Translations under genes and position numbers: made by a program
Notes under the pieces: generated by a model
The model's database searches: none
What the model was told of the DNA's origin: nothing
The model's input: only the letters and a program-made list of their open reading frames with translations
Virus record (IMG/VR): IMGVR_UViG_3300032220_001761
Span: 129,134-190,674 of that record
Origin: a virus
Lineage: Duplodnaviria; Heunggongvirae; Uroviricota; Caudoviricetes
Direction: 5' to 3' (one strand)
DNA: 61,541 nucleotides
Shown: positions 1-8,980 of the stretch, piece after piece
Layout: every line of letters begins with the position of its first letter
Position numbering within the stretch: the stretch's first letter is position 1

Positions 1-183
1 AATTTTAATCACCTCCTCATCCTCATCGGTCTTCAGACTCACTAACCCTATGGCTAAATGAGTTTCCAACTTAATAACACCTGGGTCGTTGGGGTGTGGA
101 GCCTTATGCCTCAAAGCCTTACAACAAGAGTGTGCACTCCCAGGTACACCTTCTCTCATTAGACATTTATAGCAATCACTCAC
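1..183 (-). CDS. Cys-rich phage hypothetical protein, runs off the window start
   Basis: Hand translation from GTG at 183, overlapping the stop of 180..473: MSDCYKCLMREGVPGSAHSCCKALRH..., open to position 1. Confidence 0.6.
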   Translation of the reverse strand, partial: MSDCYKCLMREGVPGSAHSCCKALRHKAPHPNDPGVIKLETHLAIGLVSLKTDEDEEVIKI

Positions 184-473
184 GCCCAAGCCAATTGAAA
201 GGTTAATTGCATACCCCAAGGAAGCTTGTAGGCAACAAAACCACCGGTACCTATATTAGTACAGTGATCTTTAGAATAAATCGCATTGGTCAATAACACC
301 CTAGCTTCCATACGGAGCTGGCTAATAGTTGGGATTGCCATACCATCACCAATAAGCCATTGATGATTGACTGAAACCATATGAGCATGCACCTTTTCGA
401 AATTGAAACGATTCATGATAGAATCAACTTGTGCTTCTAATTCTAGCTCGGTGAATTTTGGGTGTACTGACAT
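180..473 (-). CDS. hypothetical protein
   Basis: 97-aa ORF preceded by a TACATTAG host-type promoter motif. Confidence 0.75.
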   Translation of the reverse strand: MSVHPKFTELELEAQVDSIMNRFNFEKVHAHMVSVNHQWLIGDGMAIPTISQLRMEARVLLTNAIYSKDHCTNIGTGGFVAYKLPWGMQLTFQLAWA

Positions 474-501
474 AAAGTGAGTTTATTAATTGGTTATGCC
501 G

Positions 502-540
502 CTAATGTAGAATATTCTATCAAAAGAAAAAAATGTTTTC
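502..540 (-). promoter_or_regulatory. Bacteroidota-type early promoter
   Basis: Minus strand AAACATTTTTTT...TACATTAG; same layout recurs before several minus-strand genes. Confidence 0.55.
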
Positions 541-613
541 TGAATTTTTTTCTTCACATATAGTACAAAATCCAGGATCTCTCCTAGGGTCTTTTTATAA
601 AACAAGCAAGAAA

Positions 614-1186
614 TTAATTCAAATCTGTTCTTAAAGAATTCAATTCTTTCTGAGCCTGAAGACCAGCATCTGAAAAGATCTTAAGATTCTTAGCAAAGTA
701 AGACTCTTTAAAAGATCCCATGTAAATAGCCCATACAATTCGATTGATGATACTAATCTGCTCTCTTATCTCATCATTAATACCAGGAATACCTTCAATA
801 GCATTCTTATCCTGAGTAAATGATAAAATGCCCATTAATAGATTAAAAGGCTCTGCAGGAATATCATTTAAGATTGAAGTATCAAGACCAGATTCTTCAG
901 GTGAAATAAGCATGGTTTTACCAGATCCAGCAACTCCTCCGTTTTTCAGATAAACCTCTTTGTTCCAGAAAGTCTGCATCTCATCATAGTATGGACCGAT
1001 ACCCATGAAGAGATCAAAGTAAGCTCGCGGTGCAAGTAAACATACTGCAAGACCTTGATAGATCTCACAAAGCTGTTTACTTTTTTCTGATCCGTGATTC
1101 TCTAATTGAATAGAGGCATCAAAAATCTGACGTGAAAAAATCATGTTGAATCCTTCTGGAAATCCGGGAAATGCTCTTTGTGACAT
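614..1186 (-). CDS. hypothetical protein
   Basis: 190-aa ORF with upstream T-run/TATATTTAC motif. Confidence 0.75.
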   Translation of the reverse strand: MSQRAFPGFPEGFNMIFSRQIFDASIQLENHGSEKSKQLCEIYQGLAVCLLAPRAYFDLFMGIGPYYDEMQTFWNKEVYLKNGGVAGSGKTMLISPEESGLDTSILNDIPAEPFNLLMGILSFTQDKNAIEGIPGINDEIREQISIINRIVWAIYMGSFKESYFAKNLKIFSDAGLQAQKELNSLRTDLN

Positions 1187-1368
1187 GTCTAAAATTATTT
1201 AATTAGTATGTGGGTTAACGAGCGTAAATATAATAGAATTTTCTAGCACAAAAAAATGTTTCCACCAAAAAGGCCCGAACTTTTCTTGGGTGCAAGAAAA
1301 TTCGGGTGCGCCCCCGAGCGTTTTGGTGTCCTGCGGAGTGGTTTTCTCTCTCCGTTTTCAGGGACCAT

Positions 1369-1400
1369 AAAAAAATCCGACCCCTTTCGAGATCGGATTT
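1369..1400 (-). terminator. intrinsic terminator-like hairpin
   Basis: AAATCCGA/TCGGATTT stem followed by a T-run on the minus strand. Confidence 0.45.
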
Positions 1401-1608
1401 AAACCTACCTAAAATAAATTATGAACTAGCACAAAATACAGCGTTCACCTTTACTGTATTTTATAGGGTAAAAGTAATCAATTATTAAAAAGTAAAAAAT
1501 CTTTTCTTAAATATATAAGAGAAGTAAGACAAATACGGCTGACGGAGTAAGCTTCGGGGGTTCCCCGGTTAAAGCCCCTAAGCCCTAAACACTTCTTCTT
1601 TAAAAGTT

Positions 1609-2034
1609 ATGAACATTAAACTATTCGAAAATTTCGGGGAAGATCCGGAATTCACACAGAAGATCAGCTCAGATGACGCCTATCTTTCTCTCTACTCTGA
1701 ACCCTACTCTCTAAGATCCGGCTCCGTTGTAGGTGGATCCGTCTCTTGGAAATGCGAGATGAACTACCGAAAATGGGGGATAGAAATGGAAGCTGTTCGC
1801 CTCACCAAACTCTCCTTCAATGTGGAAGTGGAAGACGAAGATAACGAAGATGAAACCATCATCAAAGAGATCGTGGTTCCTTCGGAAGCTCTACAAGATC
1901 CATTAAGAATCAAATATAAAGTGGAGGGATTTCCTCTGACAATCACATCCCTAGATATCACAATGAGAAACTCTGAGGATCCTGAGGATTGGAAATATGA
2001 GATCATAATAGGTGAAGAGAGAGATAACTACTAA
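1609..2034 (+). CDS. acidic hypothetical protein with N-terminal IKLFENF motif
   Basis: 141-aa ORF; AATATATA at 1510-1517; terminator downstream. Confidence 0.75.
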   Translation: MNIKLFENFGEDPEFTQKISSDDAYLSLYSEPYSLRSGSVVGGSVSWKCEMNYRKWGIEMEAVRLTKLSFNVEVEDEDNEDETIIKEIVVPSEALQDPLRIKYKVEGFPLTITSLDITMRNSEDPEDWKYEIIIGEERDNY

Positions 2035-2052
2035 AACCCCAACAGAAAACAC

Positions 2053-2085
2053 AAAGAAACCCCAGCAACCCTGGGGTTTTTCTTT
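2053..2085. terminator. bidirectional intrinsic terminator
   Basis: AAAGAAACCCCAG / CTGGGGTTTTTCTTT inverted repeat between convergent genes. Confidence 0.7.
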
Positions 2086-2220
2086 GGACTAAGCCTAAAT
2101 TTACCTCCTACACCCGCGCATTCGCAAGGGGTCCCTATGACGTCCCCCTAATGAAAAAGGCCACCCAATTAAGGATGACCTTTCTCTGTCTAATCAAAAC
2201 CCCTTACGGGCAGAGGGGAA

Positions 2221-2844
2221 TTAATTGTGCATTAAGATGTTTGTACCTTCTGGGGTAACATTCATAGTGACACTCACTCCGAAATCACGAACCAAAGCAG
2301 CCAACTCTCGAAGATTAACTTCATTCTTAGGAGCATTACCAGGGATAGGCTTAGTAATCACTGTATCAACAATGACAGGAGTTTCTGCTCTAACAGGAGC
2401 AACAGGTAAGCTACGACGAGTACGCTTAATACCAGTAGGCATATTAAAGCGTGTGTCCTGAATGAATCCCTCATCCATCAGCTGGCTCTTACGACAGTAG
2501 ACAGACTGTTTAGAACGACCCAACAAATCCGTGGTCTCCTTAACAGTAAACTTACTGTAGACAGCATCTCTCAATAGCTCATCCTCACTGCGTGACCAAC
2601 GACGATTAGCATTAGGAGTAGCCTTATTAGGATCACGCTCCTTACGCTCCTTAGCGAAAGGCAAGGTCAGAACTCCGTTGGTGTTCGGACGTCTTCCTTT
2701 CTTACGAATTTTACCTTCTGCAAAACGGCGAAGGGTTTCTACCGACATTCCATGTCTTTCGGATACCACTCTTAGTGATTCTCCTGAGGTCACATAGTCC
2801 TTGACTGCTGACACTCTTTCTTTTGCGCTAATTTTTCTAGGCAT
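2221..2844 (-). CDS. DNA-binding protein (N-terminal HTH plus Myb/SANT-like WSxxEDxxL motif)
   Basis: ESLRVVSERHGMSVETLRRF HTH; RRWSRSEDELLR...LGRSKQSVYCRKSQL. Confidence 0.65.
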   Translation of the reverse strand: MPRKISAKERVSAVKDYVTSGESLRVVSERHGMSVETLRRFAEGKIRKKGRRPNTNGVLTLPFAKERKERDPNKATPNANRRWSRSEDELLRDAVYSKFTVKETTDLLGRSKQSVYCRKSQLMDEGFIQDTRFNMPTGIKRTRRSLPVAPVRAETPVIVDTVITKPIPGNAPKNEVNLRELAALVRDFGVSVTMNVTPEGTNILMHN

Positions 2845-2871
2845 CTCAAGTTATATTTAGGGGTTTACAAA

Positions 2872-3195
2872 TTACAGATCCTCAACAAAAAACATAGCCA
2901 TAGTAATACGCTTCCCGTTAGCACGAGCTATATGTCGTGCTGCACGAGCCATACTCTTGGCCTGATCTCTTGTGGTTACTACAGGTACCGGTGTTCCATT
3001 AACAACACCCGGACTAACCCGTTCTTTTTTTGCTTTCATTTTTATTTGCATTTGTGATTTACGAAATCCTACCGCCCCAGGTGTTCTTCCAAGAACCTCG
3101 GAGATCTCTTTATTAGTCTTACCATCTTTGCTCATGGACTTCAAAATTCGAATCTCCTTCTTGGTCCATGCTCTTTTGTTTTCCGTCTTATTCAT
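2872..3195 (-). CDS. small Myb-like/HTH DNA-binding protein, related to 2221..2844
   Basis: RAWTKKEIRIL...EISEVLGRTPGAVGFRKSQM. Confidence 0.65.
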   Translation of the reverse strand: MNKTENKRAWTKKEIRILKSMSKDGKTNKEISEVLGRTPGAVGFRKSQMQIKMKAKKERVSPGVVNGTPVPVVTTRDQAKSMARAARHIARANGKRITMAMFFVEDL

Positions 3196-3221
3196 ACCTG
3201 GGATGTTTAATAATTATAAGG

Positions 3222-3260
3222 CAAATGTAGAAACTTCTCACGAGAGAAAAAAAAGTTTTC
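3222..3260 (-). promoter_or_regulatory. Bacteroidota-type early promoter
   Basis: Exact TAnnTTTG (TACATTTG at 3229-3222) with upstream T-run. Confidence 0.65.
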
Positions 3261-3370
3261 GAATATTTTTTTAACATTAGTTTCCCTTCCATTGAGATCT
3301 TAATATAATAAATCTTTCTCAAATAAAAAAATTATCCACCAACAATTTTGCGCGGACCTCCGAAAATTAT

Positions 3371-3538
3371 CGGGGCAACTCCGAGTCTCCTAACTCTCTG
3401 GGAAATCCCCACGGGGAAATTCCAAGAATCCAAGAAGATATTCCCAGAGGAGGCACCTCAGATACCTAGCCATCTGGGGCAACTCCGAGACATTAAAGCT
3501 ACTCCAAAAAGAAACCAACCAACCGGGGAAACTCCGAA
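3371..3538 (+). repeat. dispersed GGGG(C/A)AA(C/T)TCC repeats (4 copies)
   Basis: Copies at about 3371, 3412, 3476 and 3524; the best copies form CGGGG-CAA-CTCCG mini-hairpins. Confidence 0.7.
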
Positions 3539-3680
3539 ACAGCAGAGAAACTTTTCTTTCCCTAGTTTAGCAAAAATCTCTTTTGCGCATTCGCGTGGGG
3601 TCCCCCTGGGGGCCTATCCGGGGCACACGTAGAAAGTGGGTTTAATCTCTCACAGTTTGTAGTATATTCTACGGACCTTC

Positions 3681-3733
3681 TTACTGGGACGATATAGGAT
3701 CTTTACTGGGACGATATAGGATCTTTACTGGGA
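3681..3733 (+). repeat. 22-bp tandem direct repeat (2 full copies plus a partial)
   Basis: TTACTGGGACGATATAGGATCT at 3681 and 3703, partial at 3725. Confidence 0.9.
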
Positions 3734-4247
3734 TATCTTGGATGCTCGGGTATGCCTATAACTCCCTTTAAAATGTGGTTTAGTATTGGGGAAGGTTTAG
3801 GGATCTAGGAAGGGGCACTTCGGCCCCACAAGAGGGTGTGTCTATAGTATGGGTATGTCCTATATAGTAGAGATGGTGTCATATAGTATATGGATAGGCT
3901 TCTTATATAGTACTAGGGTAGTCATGTCTATGTGTATATGGATAGAGTTATTTGTTATTGTGGTTTTTTTAATGGTTGGTGTGATTATAGGTATGAGTAT
4001 GACATATGTGTATACTATAGGGGTAGGTACTAGTCTATGTCTAATGAGTGTGCTATACTATATAGTAGGGTTGATGGTTTTATTGGTGTTTATTCTGTTA
4101 GGTTGGGAGGGCGGTGTTTGGCGGTATTTTTGGGTTTTATCCCCCCTTTTTTACTGGTGGATATTTCTGAGGATTTTGTGGTGATTTTTGGCCGAGTAAA
4201 GTAGAGATTTCTATAACCGCGTGTAGTTCCTATTTAGGTAAGGATAT

Positions 4248-4350
4248 CGGGGCGAACTTGTATAATGACGGGGAACGGGGCGAAAAGCGGGTGGTAATTC
4301 GGGGCGACGGGGCGGATAGTTATGGTGGTTCGCCTCGGGGATCGAGGCGG
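4248..4350 (+). repeat. cluster of CGGGGCG(A/G) repeats
   Basis: Copies at about 4248, 4276, 4300 and 4308 in a non-coding G-rich tract. Confidence 0.7.
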
Positions 4351-4372
4351 TGTGAGGAATGATATATAAGGG

Positions 4373-5086
4373 ATGAGACACATTAAATTATTTGAGTCTT
4401 TCTTGGAAAAGAAACACCAATATAAAAAACCCGAATACGAGTTTAAGGAGTTTTATAGGGTATTTAAGAATCATGTGGAATTAAGATCGATGCTTCCTTC
4501 CAATATAGATCAGGAAATATTTGATGTTATGGGAGGGGGATTTGACAATGAGCCTAAATGGATAGAGAATCATTTTGATCCACCTAACAGATCTGGGGAA
4601 ATAGGAACAGATGATCTTATTGAGATAGCCAAAGAGGAGGATCCTAGATTTATTCCTTTTATTATTTGGTGTCGTGATTTATTTGAAAGTGGTAAGATGG
4701 AAAAGATTGAATTGGATTGGATAAGACCAAGATTAACTACTAAGTTTAAAAATCACGATTGGGATGTTTTACAAGATGATCCGGACTATTTGGGTAGTTG
4801 TGAAACCGAATACAAAAAAGCAATTGCTGCTGGGTTAGATGATGATACTCTTAATGGAACATTAGGGCTTGTACAAAAATACCCCAATATAAATATTAGA
4901 CAAGCACAGTACTGGTCTTATATAAAAGGATCTATAGCTCACTTTAATAAGGTTGAAAAAATCGGGGGGCAATTACCTTGTACACAATTCATATTATATA
5001 AAGGTAACTATTATACTGTAGGTGGTAGAAGAAGAATGTTCTGGCACTTCTATAATGGTGTGGATCCTACTGTTTGGATGATGTAA
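4373..5086 (+). CDS. hypothetical protein with MRHIKLFESF leader; possible ParB/Srx-like C-terminus
   Basis: GATATATA at 4361; C-terminal YYTVGGRRR resembles the ParB GxxR motif. Confidence 0.7.
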   Translation: MRHIKLFESFLEKKHQYKKPEYEFKEFYRVFKNHVELRSMLPSNIDQEIFDVMGGGFDNEPKWIENHFDPPNRSGEIGTDDLIEIAKEEDPRFIPFIIWCRDLFESGKMEKIELDWIRPRLTTKFKNHDWDVLQDDPDYLGSCETEYKKAIAAGLDDDTLNGTLGLVQKYPNINIRQAQYWSYIKGSIAHFNKVEKIGGQLPCTQFILYKGNYYTVGGRRRMFWHFYNGVDPTVWMM

Positions 5087-5099
5087 AACAATTACAAAA

Positions 5100-5960
5100 A
5101 TGACAAGAGAAGAATTTATAAGGGTATTAGACGAGAAAGGTTACTCTTATAAGATAGAGGGTGAAAAGATCGTAATAACACGTAATGGTAATATAGTTTT
5201 GTATAGTAAATCTATACCACCAGATGTTGTGTTTAATAATAAGAGAGATGTCAATTTGGAATCAATTAAATCTATACCACCTGGTATTGTGTTTAATAAC
5301 AAGAGAGATGTCAATTTGGAATCACTTGAATCTATACCACCAGATATTGTGTTTAATAATAAGGGTAATATAAATTTGAATTCGCTTGAATCTATACCCC
5401 CCGGTTTTGTGTTTAATAATAATGGTGATGTCTATTTGGGATCACTTGAATCGATACCACTTGGTGTGGAGTTTAATAATGGAGGTAATGTCAATTTGGG
5501 AAGACTTAAATCTATACCACCTGGTTTTGTGTTTAATAATAATGGGAGTGTCTATTTGGGATCACTTGAATCTATACCACCTGGTTTTGTGTTTAATAAT
5601 GGAGGTACTGTCAATTTGGGAAGACTTAAATCTATACCACCTGATGTTGTGTTTAATAATGGAGGTGAGGTCAAGTTGGATTCACTTAAATCTATACCAC
5701 TGGGGGTAGAGTTTAATAATAAGGGTTTTGTCTCTTTGAATTCACTTAAATCTATACCCCGGGGGTTTGTGTTTAATAATGAAAGTTCAGTCCATTTGGA
5801 TTCACTTAAATCTATACCACCTGGTGTAGAGTTTAAGGGGATAGGGAATAGGTTTAGGGGTGTTTATTTCGATGAATTCAGTACTGATAGTTCTGATGCT
5901 TTCCAAATAGATGGTATATCTCCTTTTAGAGTTTTAAATATAATGTGCAAAAGATTATGA
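5100..5960 (+). CDS. solenoid/LRR-like protein with 20-aa tandem repeats
   Basis: About 11 units of (K/E)SIPPGxxFNNxGxVxLxSL. Confidence 0.8.
   Translation: MTREEFIRVLDEKGYSYKIEGEKIVITRNGNIVLYSKSIPPDVVFNNKRDVNLESIKSIPPGIVFNNKRDVNLESLESIPPDIVFNNKGNINLNSLESIPPGFVFNNNGDVYLGSLESIPLGVEFNNGGNVNLGRLKSIPPGFVFNNNGSVYLGSLESIPPGFVFNNGGTVNLGRLKSIPPDVVFNNGGEVKLDSLKSIPLGVEFNNKGFVSLNSLKSIPRGFVFNNESSVHLDSLKSIPPGVEFKGIGNRFRGVYFDEFSTDSSDAFQIDGISPFRVLNIMCKRL
5208..5835 (+). repeat. 60-bp coding tandem repeat (about 10.5 units)
   Basis: TC(T/G)ATACC recurs every 60 nt, 11 times. Confidence 0.9.
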
Positions 5961-6325
5961 CTAGAAAGGAATTTATAAGGGTATTAGAAGTAATGGGATA
6001 TGTCTATAAGATAGAGGGAAATAGGATAGCAATAGTAAATGATGGTGGTGTTAATCTGGGATTAATTAAGTCCATACCTCCGAGAGTGTCTTTTAATAAT
6101 TCTGGTAGTCTATGGCTGGATATTAAATCTATACCTTCTGGTGTGGAGTTTAATAATGGAGGTAATGTTTATCTGTATTCTCTTAGGTCTATACCTCCTG
6201 GTGTGGAGTTTAATAACTCGGGAGATGTTTTCTTTAACGGACTTGACACTACAAGTTCAGATGTTTTTAAAATAGATGGTATATCACCGGTGAGGGTTTT
6301 AAATGTAATGAGTAAAAGATTATGA
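5957..6325 (+). CDS. short paralog of 5100..5960 (about 3 repeats)
   Basis: Start re-assigned to the ATG overlapping the previous stop (ATGA); shares MTRxEFIRVL and IDGISPxRVLNxMxKRL ends. Confidence 0.8.
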   Translation: MTRKEFIRVLEVMGYVYKIEGNRIAIVNDGGVNLGLIKSIPPRVSFNNSGSLWLDIKSIPSGVEFNNGGNVYLYSLRSIPPGVEFNNSGDVFFNGLDTTSSDVFKIDGISPVRVLNVMSKRL

Positions 6326-6711
6326 CAAGAGAAGAGCTTATAAAGATATTAGACGAGAAAGGTTATTCCCATAATATGGATAAGAAGGATAACTTGGTTC
6401 TGGACGATTACAAAAATGTTGTTCTGGATGAGGTCGACTCTATACCTTCTGATGTGGTGTTTAGAAATAGAGGGAATGTTTGGCTTGATTCTATGACTGT
6501 TATTTCTCCAAGGGGTTATTTTGAGAATAATGGTAATGTTATTCTTGATTCAGTAAAGAGCATACCACCGGGAGTAGCATTTAACAATACTGGAAGAGTT
6601 CATTTAAAATCCTTAATTGGAGGGCCTATTGATGGGTGGAGTGGTAATATAGAAGGGATCAATCATAAGCATCTATTGAATCTCATGATTAAAAAAGGGC
6701 TATTCGAATGA
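6322..6711 (+). CDS. third paralog of the 20-aa-repeat family
   Basis: MTREELIKILDEKGYS start; SIPSDVVFRN and SIPPGVAFNN repeats; ATGA overlap. Confidence 0.8.
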   Translation: MTREELIKILDEKGYSHNMDKKDNLVLDDYKNVVLDEVDSIPSDVVFRNRGNVWLDSMTVISPRGYFENNGNVILDSVKSIPPGVAFNNTGRVHLKSLIGGPIDGWSGNIEGINHKHLLNLMIKKGLFE

Positions 6712-7133
6712 GAGATGAAATTTTGGATCTAGGACTATTTGAAATAATGCCTAATACTATTAAGGCAGAGTATTATAGTGACCTAAAAAAAGAGATAGAG
6801 AAATTGGGAGAGGGATGGGAAATGTCGGTGTATGCTATTTCTAAGTACCTAATGTCAATGTCTAAGGAATTGAAGATAAAAGAACACATCATTGGGAAAT
6901 ATGGCTACGAATTCATCTCTCAGATAGAGGTCATCATCGATAACGATTATGGGGGTAAGCCCTTAATTATAGAGGATGATGAGGACATTAAGAAATTTAT
7001 GGATGAAGATGAAAAGGAAGATGCTATAGGCTGGGATCAGAATGGGAATGATTATGAAGTTAGCAGATTTAGTTCTAATGTTCTTCACTATGAAATAGAA
7101 AAAGGGATATACTTCATATACAGAAAGAAATGA
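6708..7133 (+). CDS. hypothetical protein, possibly a diverged DUF1566-like protein
   Basis: ATGA overlap; LGLFEI...EKLGEGW resembles the 11037..12127 family. Confidence 0.65.
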   Translation: MRDEILDLGLFEIMPNTIKAEYYSDLKKEIEKLGEGWEMSVYAISKYLMSMSKELKIKEHIIGKYGYEFISQIEVIIDNDYGGKPLIIEDDEDIKKFMDEDEKEDAIGWDQNGNDYEVSRFSSNVLHYEIEKGIYFIYRKK

Positions 7134-7148
7134 AAAATATATAGCACT

Positions 7149-7661
7149 ATGAAATCTATAAAAAGCTTTGGCGATTTTGTTAAGATGAATGAGGCAGGAT
7201 GGGATTCTTTTGATGACCTAGGCTTTGTACTGATTAATGGAATTGAGATTGAAACTAAGTATGTGTGTTTTTATGATACACCTAATACAATCACTTATAA
7301 TGTCTACATTGAACCAACTCCACAAGAGATGATTAAAATGAGAGCTTGGAGTCAAAACTATAGTGACTTAGCTGACGGGAGGATTTATTTATATGACAAC
7401 GGTAAGGATCTTACAGAAGAGGAACTAAGTTCTATGGGAGCACAAAGTGTTAGAGATATAGATGATAGTGACATCTCCGGTTATTTTGAAACCGACTATC
7501 TTGAAAAACTTCATAATGAGGATATGACAACAGAGCAATTTATTGAACTTGTAAAAAGCTATGACGTCAATGAGGATATATTTGATATAAGAAATATCGA
7601 GGATGACGAAGAGGCTAAAGGTTTTGGTCTTCTTGGTAATTTTGGGGTTTTTGATTCATAA
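7149..7661 (+). CDS. putative virion-internal protein (N- and C-terminal motifs)
   Basis: MKSIKSFGDFVKMNE start; KGFGLLGNFGVF end; AATATATA upstream. Confidence 0.7.
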   Translation: MKSIKSFGDFVKMNEAGWDSFDDLGFVLINGIEIETKYVCFYDTPNTITYNVYIEPTPQEMIKMRAWSQNYSDLADGRIYLYDNGKDLTEEELSSMGAQSVRDIDDSDISGYFETDYLEKLHNEDMTTEQFIELVKSYDVNEDIFDIRNIEDDEEAKGFGLLGNFGVFDS

Positions 7662-7673
7662 TATATAGAGGTA

Positions 7674-8765
7674 ATGGGGCACTTAAAATTATTCGAAGAA
7701 TTTGTTAATCTGAGGAGATCTGCTTGGGACATAAGTGAATCCACCGATCCACAGAGTAGATTTGAAATTATAGATGCAATTAAGAATACCGATGCGGGTA
7801 AGCTTTTACAGAGAATTTTAAAAGTGAAGCCTGAAGGGAGTGGAACTTACCTAGATTTTGATAAAGTGTTTACTCCTGTTAAAACAGGAAGGGTTTACAT
7901 TGGTGCAGGGTATGGAGGAAAAACTAGGATTTATAAAAACTATGGAACGTGGTGGCAGGAGAGTGAAGCTTCTGGCAATATTTATAACTCTGGAAAATCT
8001 GATACACTAGAGGGGATTATTAAATATTGTGTCATCAGATATGTTGAAACTAGTCTAGAGAGAGGTATTGATAAAAAGGATATAGTGGAATGGATGAAAA
8101 ATAATTGGAGTCTTCTTTACACCCTATCGTCAGTCCAGGAGATCCTTGCTGAATACAAGATGAGTAAAGGAATGGATACTATGATTATGGATGCTTCTGT
8201 TATACCTACTCTTAGTAACTATAAGAATTTTAAGGACCTCCTTAAGTTTAACCCTGAGATTTATCCTAATAACATTAGACTTCATTTTGACATTGATCCT
8301 TTTAATCTAGGATTTGATAAAAAAAGATACACTCATTTTGTTATTAATTTCAAGCTAACCAATAAAAACAAGTATTCTGCTACCAAGGGTAACTATGGTG
8401 ATTTTGTAATAACAATTGGTGCTTCTAGTATGGAGGATCTAAATGATAAATTCCTAAAAGGACTTAAATACGGAGTCAATAAATATTATGATGCGATAGA
8501 TCCTAACGGGGATAATCCAGATTCACAGGTTTCTAGAAAAATAGTAATGTCTCTCCTTGGAGACAAAAAGAATGATCCTGATTTTACGTACAACTATTTC
8601 ATAAAACTTCATTCAGAAGAGCCCATGATTTTTTCTAAAGCATTTAATATTCTAAAAACTGTAGATCCTGTGGTTTCAGATTTAATCTCTAAAGAAATAG
8701 GTGAAAAGGATATTGATGATCTAAGAAAAGGCTCATCTTTATTAGGTAAGTTTGGAATAGAGTAA
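7674..8765 (+). CDS. putative virion-internal protein (N- and C-terminal motifs)
   Basis: MGHLKLFEEFV start; KGSSLLGKFGIE end; AATATATA at 7660. Confidence 0.7.
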   Translation: MGHLKLFEEFVNLRRSAWDISESTDPQSRFEIIDAIKNTDAGKLLQRILKVKPEGSGTYLDFDKVFTPVKTGRVYIGAGYGGKTRIYKNYGTWWQESEASGNIYNSGKSDTLEGIIKYCVIRYVETSLERGIDKKDIVEWMKNNWSLLYTLSSVQEILAEYKMSKGMDTMIMDASVIPTLSNYKNFKDLLKFNPEIYPNNIRLHFDIDPFNLGFDKKRYTHFVINFKLTNKNKYSATKGNYGDFVITIGASSMEDLNDKFLKGLKYGVNKYYDAIDPNGDNPDSQVSRKIVMSLLGDKKNDPDFTYNYFIKLHSEEPMIFSKAFNILKTVDPVVSDLISKEIGEKDIDDLRKGSSLLGKFGIE

Positions 8766-8774
8766 ATCTCTAAC

Positions 8775-8879
8775 CTCTACAGGTAATGATCGTTTTAGCT
8801 AGTCCTTTTTCAAAGACCTTGGTTTGATCATCACACATCATTTTACTATTCAGTGCGTTTATCATCTCGCCACCTGACT
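8775..8879 (-). ncRNA. degenerate or truncated tRNA-like element (5' half only)
   Basis: AGTCAGGTGGCG identical to the 5' end of the 9250..9446 element; D-arm GCG..CGC; GTGATGATC/GATCATTAC stem; no matching 3' acceptor strand. Confidence 0.45.
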
Positions 8880-8977
8880 ATTTTACCACATTTATGGCAT
8901 TTAAAATGGGTCATTCCTAGAAACCATCCAATGCGATTTTCGTGATTACAAAATAATTGTTTTAGCCAATTTTTCAT
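8846..8977 (-). CDS. small putative Zn-binding protein (CxH...CxxC), 43 aa
   Basis: Hand translation MKNWLKQLFCNHENRIGWFLGMTHFKCHKCGKIVRWRDDKRTE; below the ORF-track cutoff. Confidence 0.6.
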   Translation of the reverse strand: MKNWLKQLFCNHENRIGWFLGMTHFKCHKCGKIVRWRDDKRTE

Positions 8978-8980
8978 AAC

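Noticed and set aside
1518-1602. Hammerhead ribozyme
   Set aside because: CTGACGG does not match CUGANGA and the GAAA core is missing
3681-3733. Possible CRISPR array
   Set aside because: Repeats are directly adjacent with no spacers, and no cas genes are seen
3348-4184. Track ORFs 3348..3632 and 3849..4184
   Set aside because: They run through repeat and low-complexity skewed DNA; the apparent hydrophobic protein reflects the G/T-rich tract
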